A stretch of DNA of 64,000 nucleotides from an uncultured Burkholderiales bacterium (GTDB taxonomy: Bacteria > Pseudomonadota > Gammaproteobacteria > Burkholderiales > CAZDFJ01), in NCBI GenBank assembly GCA_964504875.1, contig CAZDFJ010000011.1:45-64044 (forward strand). The letters run 5' to 3'. Below, in pieces: positions 1-8,976 of the stretch. The translations under genes and the position numbers were made by a program. The notes under the pieces were generated by a model that was not told the DNA's origin, ran no database searches, and was given only the letters and a program-made list of their open reading frames with translations. How positions within the stretch are numbered: position 1 is the stretch's first letter; each line of letters starts with the position of its first letter.

Positions 1-188
1 GCTTGGTTAGGGCTCTTGAGTCTCACTTTTTATGGTGATTCACAAGAGTGAAGCGCATCGCGTGAAGCTAGTTTGAATTATCGCGCTTTTAGCGGAAAGA
101 ATTTGTTATATGTTTGGATATATAAATTGTATTGTACATGAAAAATCAATCTAATCAACAATAATTTGAATTTCTTGTGCAGAACAGC

Positions 189-218
189 AAAAAAAGTCCA
201 AATTTAGCTATTTGGACT
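189..218 (-). terminator. Intrinsic terminator after the DUF5672/methyltransferase gene
   Basis: Perfect 9-bp stem agtccaaat (195-203) / atttggact (210-218) with a 6-nt loop. On the minus strand the stem is followed by a U-run (A-run 189-195 on +). It lies 9 nt past the stop codon at 227-229. Confidence 0.7.
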
Positions 219-226
219 CAGTTCTC

Positions 227-1738
227 TTATTTTTGTGCTAAAAGAAATAAAAACTGAAGTGTTTGAAATTCCTTTGCGTCCGCAACAGAAATATTTTTCA
301 ACGCCATTTGCGGCGTATTCAGGTCAAATGTTGCATAATCTGGTAAGTTTTCGAAACCTGTAATCCCGACATTAATGTCCAAAGCCCGGCGCATCGCCAT
401 CACTTTGTAACCTGTTTCTGCAAACATCGCCTCAATTTGTTTGAGTGTAAAAAAGCGAATATGCGTAATATCTAAAATGCCACTTTTGGCGTACGGAAAC
501 TCTCCATTTAATAAAAGATTTTGCAAAATAGAAAGGTTCCGAATATTAGGAATACTCACAAGAAGTTGGGCGTGAGGTGCCAAAAAAGAATGGAGTTTTT
601 CCAAAAGTTGCCAAGGATTATAAATATGCTCTAATACATCTCCTAATATAACTAAATCGATGTTATAAAAAATATCAGCGTGCGCTGCAAAATCGATTTG
701 CTCAAAAGGCGTTGCAAACAGATAATCCACTTTTTGAGCAGCAATTTTTGCGGAAGGAAGATGCGATTCGATTCCAATAGTGTGTATTTGCGGATATAAC
801 ACTTTGAGTCCTTCCAATGTTCCTCCCATACTACATCCAATTTCGAGTGCTTTTGTGGGGGGAGTCTGAATCATGCTCAGGAGATCCGTCCGAATATGAT
901 CAAAATAATTCAGTTTATCGTTAGAGTTTTTGTTTGGATCGAGACTATGCCAAACGGGATATTTTTCACTTTGCTTATGTTTAAATGCAATTTTAGCTAA
1001 TTGGCGGGCGCGCTTATGTGTTGGTTGGCGTTGTAAAATTTCTTGGCATAAAACTGAAACACGCAGCCATTTTTCTTGTTTTTCAAAAAAGAGGGCCAAC
1101 TGAAAAAGTTGATCATCATTCATAAAATAATGAAAATGCGCTAAATCATGGAAGCCAAATGGAAACATTTCGGTTTGTTTGGGCTTATGAATTTCGCACG
1201 AGAATTTTTTTGCAAGGTCTTCAGGAGCAAAACGAATCGCATATTTTTGTTCTAAAAAACGCCGGTAGATACGACAAATTTGATAATCTTCTGGTTCGGC
1301 CGCTAAAATATACGGATCTTGCAAAGCTTTTAATAATTTCTTGGATCGTAAGCTAAAGCCCCCGTTGCCAACATTTAAGCCGTCGTGGAAAATCCAAGGG
1401 GCCCCAATATAATCATAATCCAAGAAAGCAGGATCCCATGAGGCTGGATTGACAATAAAGCCATCCCATTGAATAATTAATACATAATCAGTGTCTATAT
1501 ATTGATAAAGATCATGCATAATAAATTCAGAGTAGCCTTCACTGGAGGTAATTTTTGGAATGAAAATCGTTTCGACTTGATCGATTTGTATAGCTTGATC
1601 TGTAAAAAAAAGCGCGCGTTTAAATTGACAACCTTGTAAAGAATAGTGAATTGCTTGTGAAGCAAGTTCATAATTGACACAATCTACACAGCATAATGTG
1701 ACATTATCCAAGTTTAACATTATTTTCTCGTTTGACAT
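227..1738 (-). CDS. Two-domain glycan-modification protein: N-terminal DUF5672-like domain plus C-terminal class I SAM-dependent methyltransferase
   Basis: 503-aa ORF. The N-terminal part carries the blocks LIIQWDGFIVNP, YDYIGAPW and VGNGGFSLRS, which I associate with DUF5672. The C-terminal part has methyltransferase motif I (ALEIGCSMGG), DLVILGDVLEHI and IRFFT. Domain names are from memory, not a search. Confidence 0.7.
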   Translation of the reverse strand: MSNEKIMLNLDNVTLCCVDCVNYELASQAIHYSLQGCQFKRALFFTDQAIQIDQVETIFIPKITSSEGYSEFIMHDLYQYIDTDYVLIIQWDGFIVNPASWDPAFLDYDYIGAPWIFHDGLNVGNGGFSLRSKKLLKALQDPYILAAEPEDYQICRIYRRFLEQKYAIRFAPEDLAKKFSCEIHKPKQTEMFPFGFHDLAHFHYFMNDDQLFQLALFFEKQEKWLRVSVLCQEILQRQPTHKRARQLAKIAFKHKQSEKYPVWHSLDPNKNSNDKLNYFDHIRTDLLSMIQTPPTKALEIGCSMGGTLEGLKVLYPQIHTIGIESHLPSAKIAAQKVDYLFATPFEQIDFAAHADIFYNIDLVILGDVLEHIYNPWQLLEKLHSFLAPHAQLLVSIPNIRNLSILQNLLLNGEFPYAKSGILDITHIRFFTLKQIEAMFAETGYKVMAMRRALDINVGITGFENLPDYATFDLNTPQMALKNISVADAKEFQTLQFLFLLAQK

Positions 1739-1823
1739 TTTGAAAGAATAAAATCAATAATAAAACAAAACTGCCGATACTTTAATCATAGATTTTATAA
1801 ACACAAAAAAAGGTTTTTTTAAC

Positions 1824-4800
1824 ATGAAACATTTAGCAAGTGTGACGCCTAACGTTTGGCTGTCTCATCCTCATGCCAATGAACACCCTCTTATTTCTGT
1901 CATTATTCCTGTTACACGTGCAGAAAAATTTATTCATGGGTTATTAGAAGATTTATGTTCGCAAACTTGTTTGGATCAAATGGAGCTCATTTTTGTTGAT
2001 AATGCTTCATCACAATCTGAACTGAAATCTATTCTCGACTATGCAAAACGTTATGAAAATATTCATATTTTTAGACATGCTCAGTTTGTTCCGTTAGGCT
2101 TCGCATTACAACACGCGGCTGAATTTGCCCGAGGCGAATTAATTAGCGTGGCTTTGCCTCATTATCGGCATCATGCGAATCATTATGAGAAACTTTTAGC
2201 GCATTTAAATAAAACGACAGATATTGTTTATGCAGACTTAGCTGTGACTGACTTTCACGCACAAAAAAATAATCGTACTTATGAAAATGCTTCCCTCTTG
2301 GGTTATGTGCGTTATTTATCGAAATATACTATAGAAAGCATTGCAGAAATGTTCGATGTCCCTCCTCAATTTTTGATCCGTCGAAGTTTTTTGATGCAAA
2401 CAGGAGGATTTTTACCTGATTTGGACGAGTTGAGTCTTTATGGTAATTGGATTAATTGGATTATTCAAAAAGCACAAACAAAGCATTTAAACGAAATTTT
2501 AGGTTTATATTTATTATCAGGAAAGAAAAAATATCAAGCCATTGAAGAGCGGCGTTATTTGAGCTTGTTATTTCCCGATGTGCCCCTTGCGCCTTTCGAA
2601 GAAGAATTAGAAAAAAATGAAGAAGGAACATTCAAACGTCCGACTAATCGCTTTGTTTTAGACATGAGCGAAATGTATTTTGTGACGCCTCCGAAAGAGA
2701 GTTGGCATCCTATTGAAGCCCGCCCTTTTATCAGTGTGATTACAACGTTGGACGCTAATATTAAGGATGACGACGATTATAGTGCGCTGCAAAATTTAAT
2801 AACACAATTGATGCAACAAACATATCCGTATTGGGAGTTAATTCTCGTTCAATGTGATCCTGAAAAGCCCCATCTTGAAAATTTTATTCAAAATCTCGAT
2901 ATTCCTGAGAGAGATTCAATTCGGGCTTTTCAAGCAGAATTTGATGTGATGTCGACTTCCAGTGCTCGCAATTTAGCCTTACGTCTGGCAAAAGGCACAT
3001 TAATTGTCCATGCCTCGCCAATGGTTTCTTTGTCAGAACAGTATTTGGCAAGCTGTGTTTTGCATATGCAAAATCAACAAACAGGTATTGGTTTTTTCCC
3101 GTATAGTGTCAATCAACAGCATTATCTGCCTGATTTTGAAGCAAATATGCTGTTTAGAGAACCTAATATTCCTATTGAAACATGGGTTTATCGGCGTGAA
3201 TGTTTACACTATTTTGGTTTATTTGATGAAAGTCTAAAACATTATGATCAGTGGGAATGGTTATTACGTCTTTCTAAAAAAACAAATTTTCAATTATTTG
3301 AGCAGCATCACATTGTGCTTCCGGAAACTGAAAAGGAGCGAATTTATCGTTTTGTTGGCAAGAGCCCTGAAAAAATAGATGCGTGTATTCATGAGTTTCA
3401 GTCTCTGATGGCGCGCTATCCTAAAGATGATCCGATTAAAGTACGTGTTGAGCGTGAGCAATATGTGCGGCGTTTATTACTGCATAAGCCAGATGATATG
3501 TTTCAAACATGGAATGAGCGTCATGGTTTGCGTGAAATTCATGCTCAAATTTTTGCGGAACGGATGCTGACACAATGGACACATGAGCCTGTTTTACATT
3601 TAGTTTTTCTGGTGTATTCACAGGCAGAATTGACATTATTAATTTCTTCTTTAGAAACCCTTCAGTGTCAACTTTATAAAAAATATGTTGTGACTATTTT
3701 GTCACCTTTAGCAACACCCAGTCATGTTCCTATTTTACTTGACATTCCGGATTTACAGTGGGTAGAACTTTATCCACAAGATAATTTGCCGGAATTGCTC
3801 GGGCGGGTTGTCGAATTCGTGCCATCTGATTGGGTCAGTGTGATTGAGCCAGGAACGCGTTTTGAGCCACATACATTGATTACATTAGGGAATTATATTA
3901 ATGCGTATCCTGAATGGCGCGTGATTTATACTGACGAAGATGTCATTCATGCCAAAACAAAAGAACTAACGGATCCGCAATTTAAGCCTGATTTTAATCT
4001 AGATTATTTGCGCAGCATGTCTTATATAGGACGTTTTGTGGTCTTTAAAACAGAACAAGTTCAAAAAACGCCCCACGCCTTCCGTTATTTTGAAATATTC
4101 AATTATGATATGGCATTACAAGTGTTGGATCTATCCGGGGAGAAAGCATTTGGGCATATTGCGGATATTTTAGCACATTTACCGTTTGAATCTGAGCGAT
4201 CATTTGACGAAGGGCGCGGTCAGCTCGCTTTGCAAGATCATCTGGAACGCAATCGCATCGCCGCAAAGGTCGATGTTGGTTTTGTAAAAAATACTTATTT
4301 TGTGGAATATTTACATCCATCGCAGCCCTTCGTTTCAATCATTATTCCTAATAAAAATAAACTTTCTTATTTGGAACCATGTATTACGTCCCTTTTTGAA
4401 AAAACAGACTATACCCATTATGAAGTGATCATTATTGATAACCAAAGTGATGAGCCTGAAGTTTTCGCATTTTATCAAGAATGTGAAGAAAAATACGGAT
4501 CTCAACTTCGTATTTTACCGTATGATCACCCATTTAATTTTGCGGCTATTTGCAATTTTGGTGTAAAAAATGCAAAAGGGGAGTATGTTTTATTATTAAA
4601 TAATGATACGCAATTTTTACAAAAAAGCTGGTTAAGTCGCATGATGATGCATGCGCAACGCCCTGAAGTTGGTATTGTCGGTGCAAAATTACTTTACCCT
4701 GAATTAGGATATGTGCAGCATGGTGGAGTAATTTTGGGGATGCTTGGCACGGCCGATCATGCTTGCCATGTGGGCCAAACAATTACGGATCCACTTTACA

Positions 4801-6335
4801 TGAATCGGGGGGTTGTGGTACAAAATTTCTCTTCTGTGACTGCTGCTTGTATGGTTGTGCGTAAATCTGTGTATGAACAAGTAAACGGCATGGATGAAAA
4901 ATTTGCGGTATTATTTAACGATTCTGATTTTTGTATTCGGGTAGGAGAGGCCGGCCACAAAATTACATATACGCCTTTTGCAATGGTGGTTCACCATGAG
5001 TCTATTTCTCGGAAAAAAACCGAAGAAGATTCGCAAAAAGCAGCAGCAATATTAGCGCGAGATGAAAAAGAACGGACTGCTTTTATTAACCAATGGCTTC
5101 CAAAACTCGCGAATGATCCTGCCTATAATCCTAATTTATCACTTCATATGAGTTTTCGGGTAGAGCCTTTTGCTTTACTGAATTGGGATCCGTATTTAGT
5201 AGATCGTCCCCGTATTGTAGGCGTTCCTCTCAGTGGAGGGTGTGGACAATATCGTGTCATTAGTCCTTTTGAACGCTTAGGGGCCGCTGGCCTTGCGGAG
5301 TGTGAATATTTATCTACTTCTAAAGGCGTTCGCGCTTTACTTCCTGTAGAATTAGCCCGATTAAATCCTGATTCAATTATGTTACATGCGGCGCTTGATC
5401 CTGCACAACAGAATGCATTAAAACGTTTTAAAGAATCAGTCCCGGATGTTTTTCGCTTATTTGCTTTAGATGATTTGGTTTCTGCTATTCCAGAAAAAAG
5501 TTCAGCTTATCGAGGCTTTAAACGTATTTTTGGCGAGGCTACTTCTTTATTGCGTAAATCTTTGTCTTATTGTGATCGTATGATTGTTTCAACTGAACCG
5601 ATTAAACAATTAGCAGAAGGTATGATTGAAGATATTCGAGTTGTCCCTAATTGCCTTGAACGAGATCGTTGGGTGGGTTTAGAAACGAAACGGCGCATTG
5701 GAAAAAAACCACGGGTCGGTTGGGCAGGAGCCCAGCAACATCAAGGGGATTTAGAAATCATTATTGAAGTCGTGAAAGCGACTGCCCATGAAGTTGATTG
5801 GATTTTTATGGGGATGACGATTCCAGAATTAAAACCTTTTGTTAAAGAAGAATATCATTTTGTGCCGTATGTAGATTATCCCAAAAAACTCGCTAGTTTG
5901 AACTTAGATTTGGCGATTGCGCCCCTCGAAGTCAACGAATTTAATGAAGCAAAGAGTAATTTGCGTTTATTAGAATACGGTGTGATGGGCTGGCCAATTA
6001 TTTGTACTGATATTTATCCTTATCAGCAAGCGGAGGCCCCTGTTAAACGGGTTCCTAATCAGGCCCAAGCATGGATTGATGCGATTCGGGAACGCGTTCA
6101 TGATTTAGATGCCGCTGAAAAAGAAGGGCTCCGCGTACAAAAATGGGTATTAGATCATTTTATTATTGAAGATCATTTAGCAGAATGGTTAGAAGCGATG
6201 TTATCTCCAGCTAAATGGAATGAATGGAAGTACAAACTCAATTTAGTGCCGCAACAATCTTCCCGTCGGCAGGGCATCAGTCATGCTAATCCAGCTGAGT
6301 TATTGGCCAATATTTTAGGTAATATTAAGAAATAA
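1824..6335 (+). CDS. Giant multi-module glycosyltransferase (three GT2/GT-A-like modules plus a C-terminal GT-B-like module)
   Basis: 1503-aa ORF. GT2-like openings occur at about residue 24 (ISVIIPVTRAEKF...ELIFVDNAS), about 300 (ISVITTLD...YPYWELILVQCD) and about 838 (VSIIIPNKNKLSYLEPCI...YEVIIIDNQSDEPE...YVLLLNNDTQF). A YTDEDVIH...PQFKPDFNLDYL block precedes the third module. The last ~380 aa (PRVGWAGAQQHQGDL...NEAKSNLRLLEYGVMGWPIICTD) resemble GT-B-type transferases. The gene is divergent from the 227-1738 gene across an 85-bp gap. Confidence 0.75.
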   Translation: MKHLASVTPNVWLSHPHANEHPLISVIIPVTRAEKFIHGLLEDLCSQTCLDQMELIFVDNASSQSELKSILDYAKRYENIHIFRHAQFVPLGFALQHAAEFARGELISVALPHYRHHANHYEKLLAHLNKTTDIVYADLAVTDFHAQKNNRTYENASLLGYVRYLSKYTIESIAEMFDVPPQFLIRRSFLMQTGGFLPDLDELSLYGNWINWIIQKAQTKHLNEILGLYLLSGKKKYQAIEERRYLSLLFPDVPLAPFEEELEKNEEGTFKRPTNRFVLDMSEMYFVTPPKESWHPIEARPFISVITTLDANIKDDDDYSALQNLITQLMQQTYPYWELILVQCDPEKPHLENFIQNLDIPERDSIRAFQAEFDVMSTSSARNLALRLAKGTLIVHASPMVSLSEQYLASCVLHMQNQQTGIGFFPYSVNQQHYLPDFEANMLFREPNIPIETWVYRRECLHYFGLFDESLKHYDQWEWLLRLSKKTNFQLFEQHHIVLPETEKERIYRFVGKSPEKIDACIHEFQSLMARYPKDDPIKVRVEREQYVRRLLLHKPDDMFQTWNERHGLREIHAQIFAERMLTQWTHEPVLHLVFLVYSQAELTLLISSLETLQCQLYKKYVVTILSPLATPSHVPILLDIPDLQWVELYPQDNLPELLGRVVEFVPSDWVSVIEPGTRFEPHTLITLGNYINAYPEWRVIYTDEDVIHAKTKELTDPQFKPDFNLDYLRSMSYIGRFVVFKTEQVQKTPHAFRYFEIFNYDMALQVLDLSGEKAFGHIADILAHLPFESERSFDEGRGQLALQDHLERNRIAAKVDVGFVKNTYFVEYLHPSQPFVSIIIPNKNKLSYLEPCITSLFEKTDYTHYEVIIIDNQSDEPEVFAFYQECEEKYGSQLRILPYDHPFNFAAICNFGVKNAKGEYVLLLNNDTQFLQKSWLSRMMMHAQRPEVGIVGAKLLYPELGYVQHGGVILGMLGTADHACHVGQTITDPLYMNRGVVVQNFSSVTAACMVVRKSVYEQVNGMDEKFAVLFNDSDFCIRVGEAGHKITYTPFAMVVHHESISRKKTEEDSQKAAAILARDEKERTAFINQWLPKLANDPAYNPNLSLHMSFRVEPFALLNWDPYLVDRPRIVGVPLSGGCGQYRVISPFERLGAAGLAECEYLSTSKGVRALLPVELARLNPDSIMLHAALDPAQQNALKRFKESVPDVFRLFALDDLVSAIPEKSSAYRGFKRIFGEATSLLRKSLSYCDRMIVSTEPIKQLAEGMIEDIRVVPNCLERDRWVGLETKRRIGKKPRVGWAGAQQHQGDLEIIIEVVKATAHEVDWIFMGMTIPELKPFVKEEYHFVPYVDYPKKLASLNLDLAIAPLEVNEFNEAKSNLRLLEYGVMGWPIICTDIYPYQQAEAPVKRVPNQAQAWIDAIRERVHDLDAAEKEGLRVQKWVLDHFIIEDHLAEWLEAMLSPAKWNEWKYKLNLVPQQSSRRQGISHANPAELLANILGNIKK

Positions 6336-6376
6336 AGAGAAATTGTGTTCAAACTCTTAAATTTTTAGAAAAAAAG

Positions 6377-6408
6377 ACGCTCCCTCAATCTACATAGGGA
6401 GCGTTTTC
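6377..6408 (+). terminator. Intrinsic terminator after the giant glycosyltransferase gene
   Basis: 9-bp stem acgctccct (6377-6385) / agggagcgt (6396-6404), 10-nt loop, then tttt. It lies 42 nt after the stop codon. Confidence 0.7.
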
Positions 6409-6703
6409 AATTCCAAGGCAAAAACCTTCTTTTATTATAACAAATAATAATTTTATATTAAATAATATTAATTAATATAAGATAAATAGCCTATTTAAAA
6501 TCGATCAAAAAAATAAAGAAAAATTCCACCTTCTGCCATTTTGTTGTTATATTTTAAATATAACTTTTAGCTATAAAAAACGAACTTATTATTCTTTTTC
6601 ATGAATAGTAAAGATTTATATAATGCTTGCTGTATCACATAAAAATAAAAAATGACTTCAATTGAGTTTATTCAACGTACACATCAAGCTAAGAGGAATC
6701 AAA

Positions 6704-7390
6704 ATGAGTTTAGCGCAAAAAGTTGAGGCCGTCGTCGCCTTGTTAAAAAAAATTGAAACAGAATTTAGCCCAGCTGTTTTCGCCAATAGTTTTGGTGCAG
6801 AAGATGTGGTTTTAAATGACTTAATTGCTAAACACGCAACAGGCATTCAAGTTTTCAGTTTAGATACAGGCCGCTTGCCAGAAGAAACTTATCGCTTGAT
6901 GCAAAAAGCACGGGATAAATATCCGCAATTAGCTGTGAAAGTCTATTTTCCAGATAATGCGGCGGTTGAAGCATATATTGAAGCAGAAGGCCCGAATGGT
7001 TTTTATAACAGCATTGAGGCGCGTAAAAAATGCTGCCAAATTCGTAAAATTATTCCACTCCGTAAAGCCTTGAGCGAACAAAAAGCATGGATTACCGGAT
7101 TACGTCGCGAACAATCGCCAACGCGTACTGGTGTGGATGCCCAAGAATTTGATAAAGATAATAATCTTTATAAATTTAATCCGCTTGTCGACTGGACTGA
7201 ACAAGATGTGTGGGATTATATTCACCAGAATGAAGTTCCTTATAATGAATTACATGATCGTCATTATCCGAGTATTGGATGCGGCCCGTGTACCCGTGCG
7301 ATTTCGGCAGGAGAAGACGTCCGGGCAGGTCGGTGGTGGTGGGAAAATCCCGAAACAAAAGAGTGTGGTCTACATGTCCGCCAAAACTAA
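6704..7390 (+). CDS. cysH: Adenylylsulfate (APS) reductase, thioredoxin-dependent, Fe-S type CysH
   Basis: PAPS/APS reductase family translation with the cysteine pairs KKCCQIRK and IGCGPCT plus a C-terminal KECGLH motif. The CC plus CxxC pairs mark the Fe-S APS-reducing subtype. I moved the start to the ATG at 6704, which is preceded by aagagga. The ORF track starts at a TTG at 6662. Confidence 0.85.
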   Translation: MSLAQKVEAVVALLKKIETEFSPAVFANSFGAEDVVLNDLIAKHATGIQVFSLDTGRLPEETYRLMQKARDKYPQLAVKVYFPDNAAVEAYIEAEGPNGFYNSIEARKKCCQIRKIIPLRKALSEQKAWITGLRREQSPTRTGVDAQEFDKDNNLYKFNPLVDWTEQDVWDYIHQNEVPYNELHDRHYPSIGCGPCTRAISAGEDVRAGRWWWENPETKECGLHVRQN

Positions 7391-7533
7391 TCCATCCCTT
7401 CTGCCAGATAAATCATATTTGTGGCAAGAAGAACATGATGCATGGGTTGGTGATGGATTAGTGCAACTGGTCCAGAAGATAATAAAAATATTTAAGCTTT
7501 AAAAATAATTGATCTCACGTAGGATACGCATAA

Positions 7534-8739
7534 ATGGCATCGCATAGCTATCATCATAAAAAAGACTTACTGGTCCGTCCACACGGTGGCAAAGAATTAA
7601 ATCCCTTGCTATTGACAGGGGATGCGTTGAAAGCTGGCTTAGAAAAAGCAGCGACGTTACCCCAAGTGAAAATAGCGTCACGAGAACGCGGCGATTTAAT
7701 CATGTTAGGCATTGGGGGCTTTACACCACTAACGGGTTTTATGGGATATGAAGATTGGCAGGCAGTCTGTCGCGACATGGTAATGCCAAGTTTAGGTGGG
7801 TTATTTTTCCCTATTCCAATTACACTCTCTGTGAGTGAGGCGCAAGCTAATGAACTGGCTTTAGGAAGTGAAATTGCGCTCGTCGACGCAGAAAATGGTG
7901 AGTATTTGGGAATTTTAACACTTCGTGAAAAATATAAAATTGATAAAATTTACGAATGTGAACACGTCTTTAAAACGACCGATCCCAGTCATCCTGGTGT
8001 AAAAATGGTCTTAGAACAAGGCGAAGTGAATCTTGCCGGAGAAGTACAAGTTTTATCTCAAGGTGAATTTCCGCATAAATATCCTGGAACCTTTTTAACT
8101 CCTGCCGAAACACGGGCTTTATTTAACGAACGGGGCTGGAAAACCGTTGCGGCTTTTCAAACCCGCAATCCAATGCATCGTTCCCACGAATATTTGGCAA
8201 AAATTGCGGTTGAAATATGTGATGGGGTGCTCATTCATTCTTTGTTAGGGAATTTAAAACCGGGCGATATTCCAGCAGAAGTCCGAACACGGGCGATTGC
8301 TGCATTAATTAATCATCATTTTGTACAAGATACAGTGGTTCAAGCGGGTTATCCATTGGACATGCGCTATGCGGGTCCCCGTGAAGCATTATTACACGCA
8401 TTATTTAGACAAAATTATGGTTGTTCACATTTAATTGTTGGACGAGATCATGCCGGTGTGGGTTCGTATTATGGCCCGTTTGATGCCCAACATATTTTTG
8501 ATCATATTCCAAAAGGGGCGTTAGAAACAAAGCCGCTAAAAATTGATTGGACATTTTGGTGTTATGAATGTAATGGAATGTCTTCAGCGCGGACTTGCCC
8601 GCATGAGCCAGAAAATCGCTTGTTATTATCAGGAACAAAATTGCGTGAGTTGCTTTCGACGGGACAAAACGTGCCTCCAGAATTCAGTCGTCCAGAAGTT
8701 TTAGAAATTTTGAAAGAATATTATCAAAGCTTAAAATAA
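7534..8739 (+). CDS. sat: Sulfate adenylyltransferase (homo-oligomeric ATP sulfurylase)
   Basis: 401-aa ORF with the [11 protein letters not shown] and VGRDHAGVG motifs characteristic of Sat-type ATP sulfurylase. It lies immediately downstream of cysH. Confidence 0.9.
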   Translation: MASHSYHHKKDLLVRPHGGKELNPLLLTGDALKAGLEKAATLPQVKIASRERGDLIMLGIGGFTPLTGFMGYEDWQAVCRDMVMPSLGGLFFPIPITLSVSEAQANELALGSEIALVDAENGEYLGILTLREKYKIDKIYECEHVFKTTDPSHPGVKMVLEQGEVNLAGEVQVLSQGEFPHKYPGTFLTPAETRALFNERGWKTVAAFQTRNPMHRSHEYLAKIAVEICDGVLIHSLLGNLKPGDIPAEVRTRAIAALINHHFVQDTVVQAGYPLDMRYAGPREALLHALFRQNYGCSHLIVGRDHAGVGSYYGPFDAQHIFDHIPKGALETKPLKIDWTFWCYECNGMSSARTCPHEPENRLLLSGTKLRELLSTGQNVPPEFSRPEVLEILKEYYQSLK

Positions 8740-8770
8740 TCTTAAAAAAAAGCATCACATGATAAAAAAA

Positions 8771-8800
8771 GGCTACCGTTAATGGTAGCCTTTTTATTTT
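8771..8800 (+). terminator. Intrinsic terminator after sat
   Basis: Stem ggctacc (8771-8777) / ggtagcc (8784-8790), 6-nt loop, followed by tttttatttt. An A-run on the 5' side makes it potentially bidirectional. Confidence 0.75.
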
Positions 8801-8976
8801 GATAGAGAAAAAACCGCAGTAAAGATGAATACTATATAATAAGAAATTTTATCAATAAAAATATAAAAAGGATTAAAATAAAAAAATAGTATTTTAATTT
8901 TTTTTTTGATAAAAATAATGTTTATAATAAGTGGTATAAATTATTCGAAAAAAGAGAAAAGTGATTCCAATTCAAT

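Noticed and set aside
6546-6564. gttatat-N5-atataac inverted repeat in the cysH upstream region (possible operator)
   Set aside because: It is a pure A/T palindrome of 7-bp arms in extremely AT-rich DNA, so the chance expectation is high. I saw no second copy near other sulfur genes in the window.
7131-7502. 123-aa plus-strand ORF overlapping the cysH 3' half (plus smaller ORFs at 7176-7358 and 7279-7461)
   Set aside because: These are alternative frames of a gene with unambiguous CysH motifs. The translations are Arg/Gly-rich nonsense with no start context.
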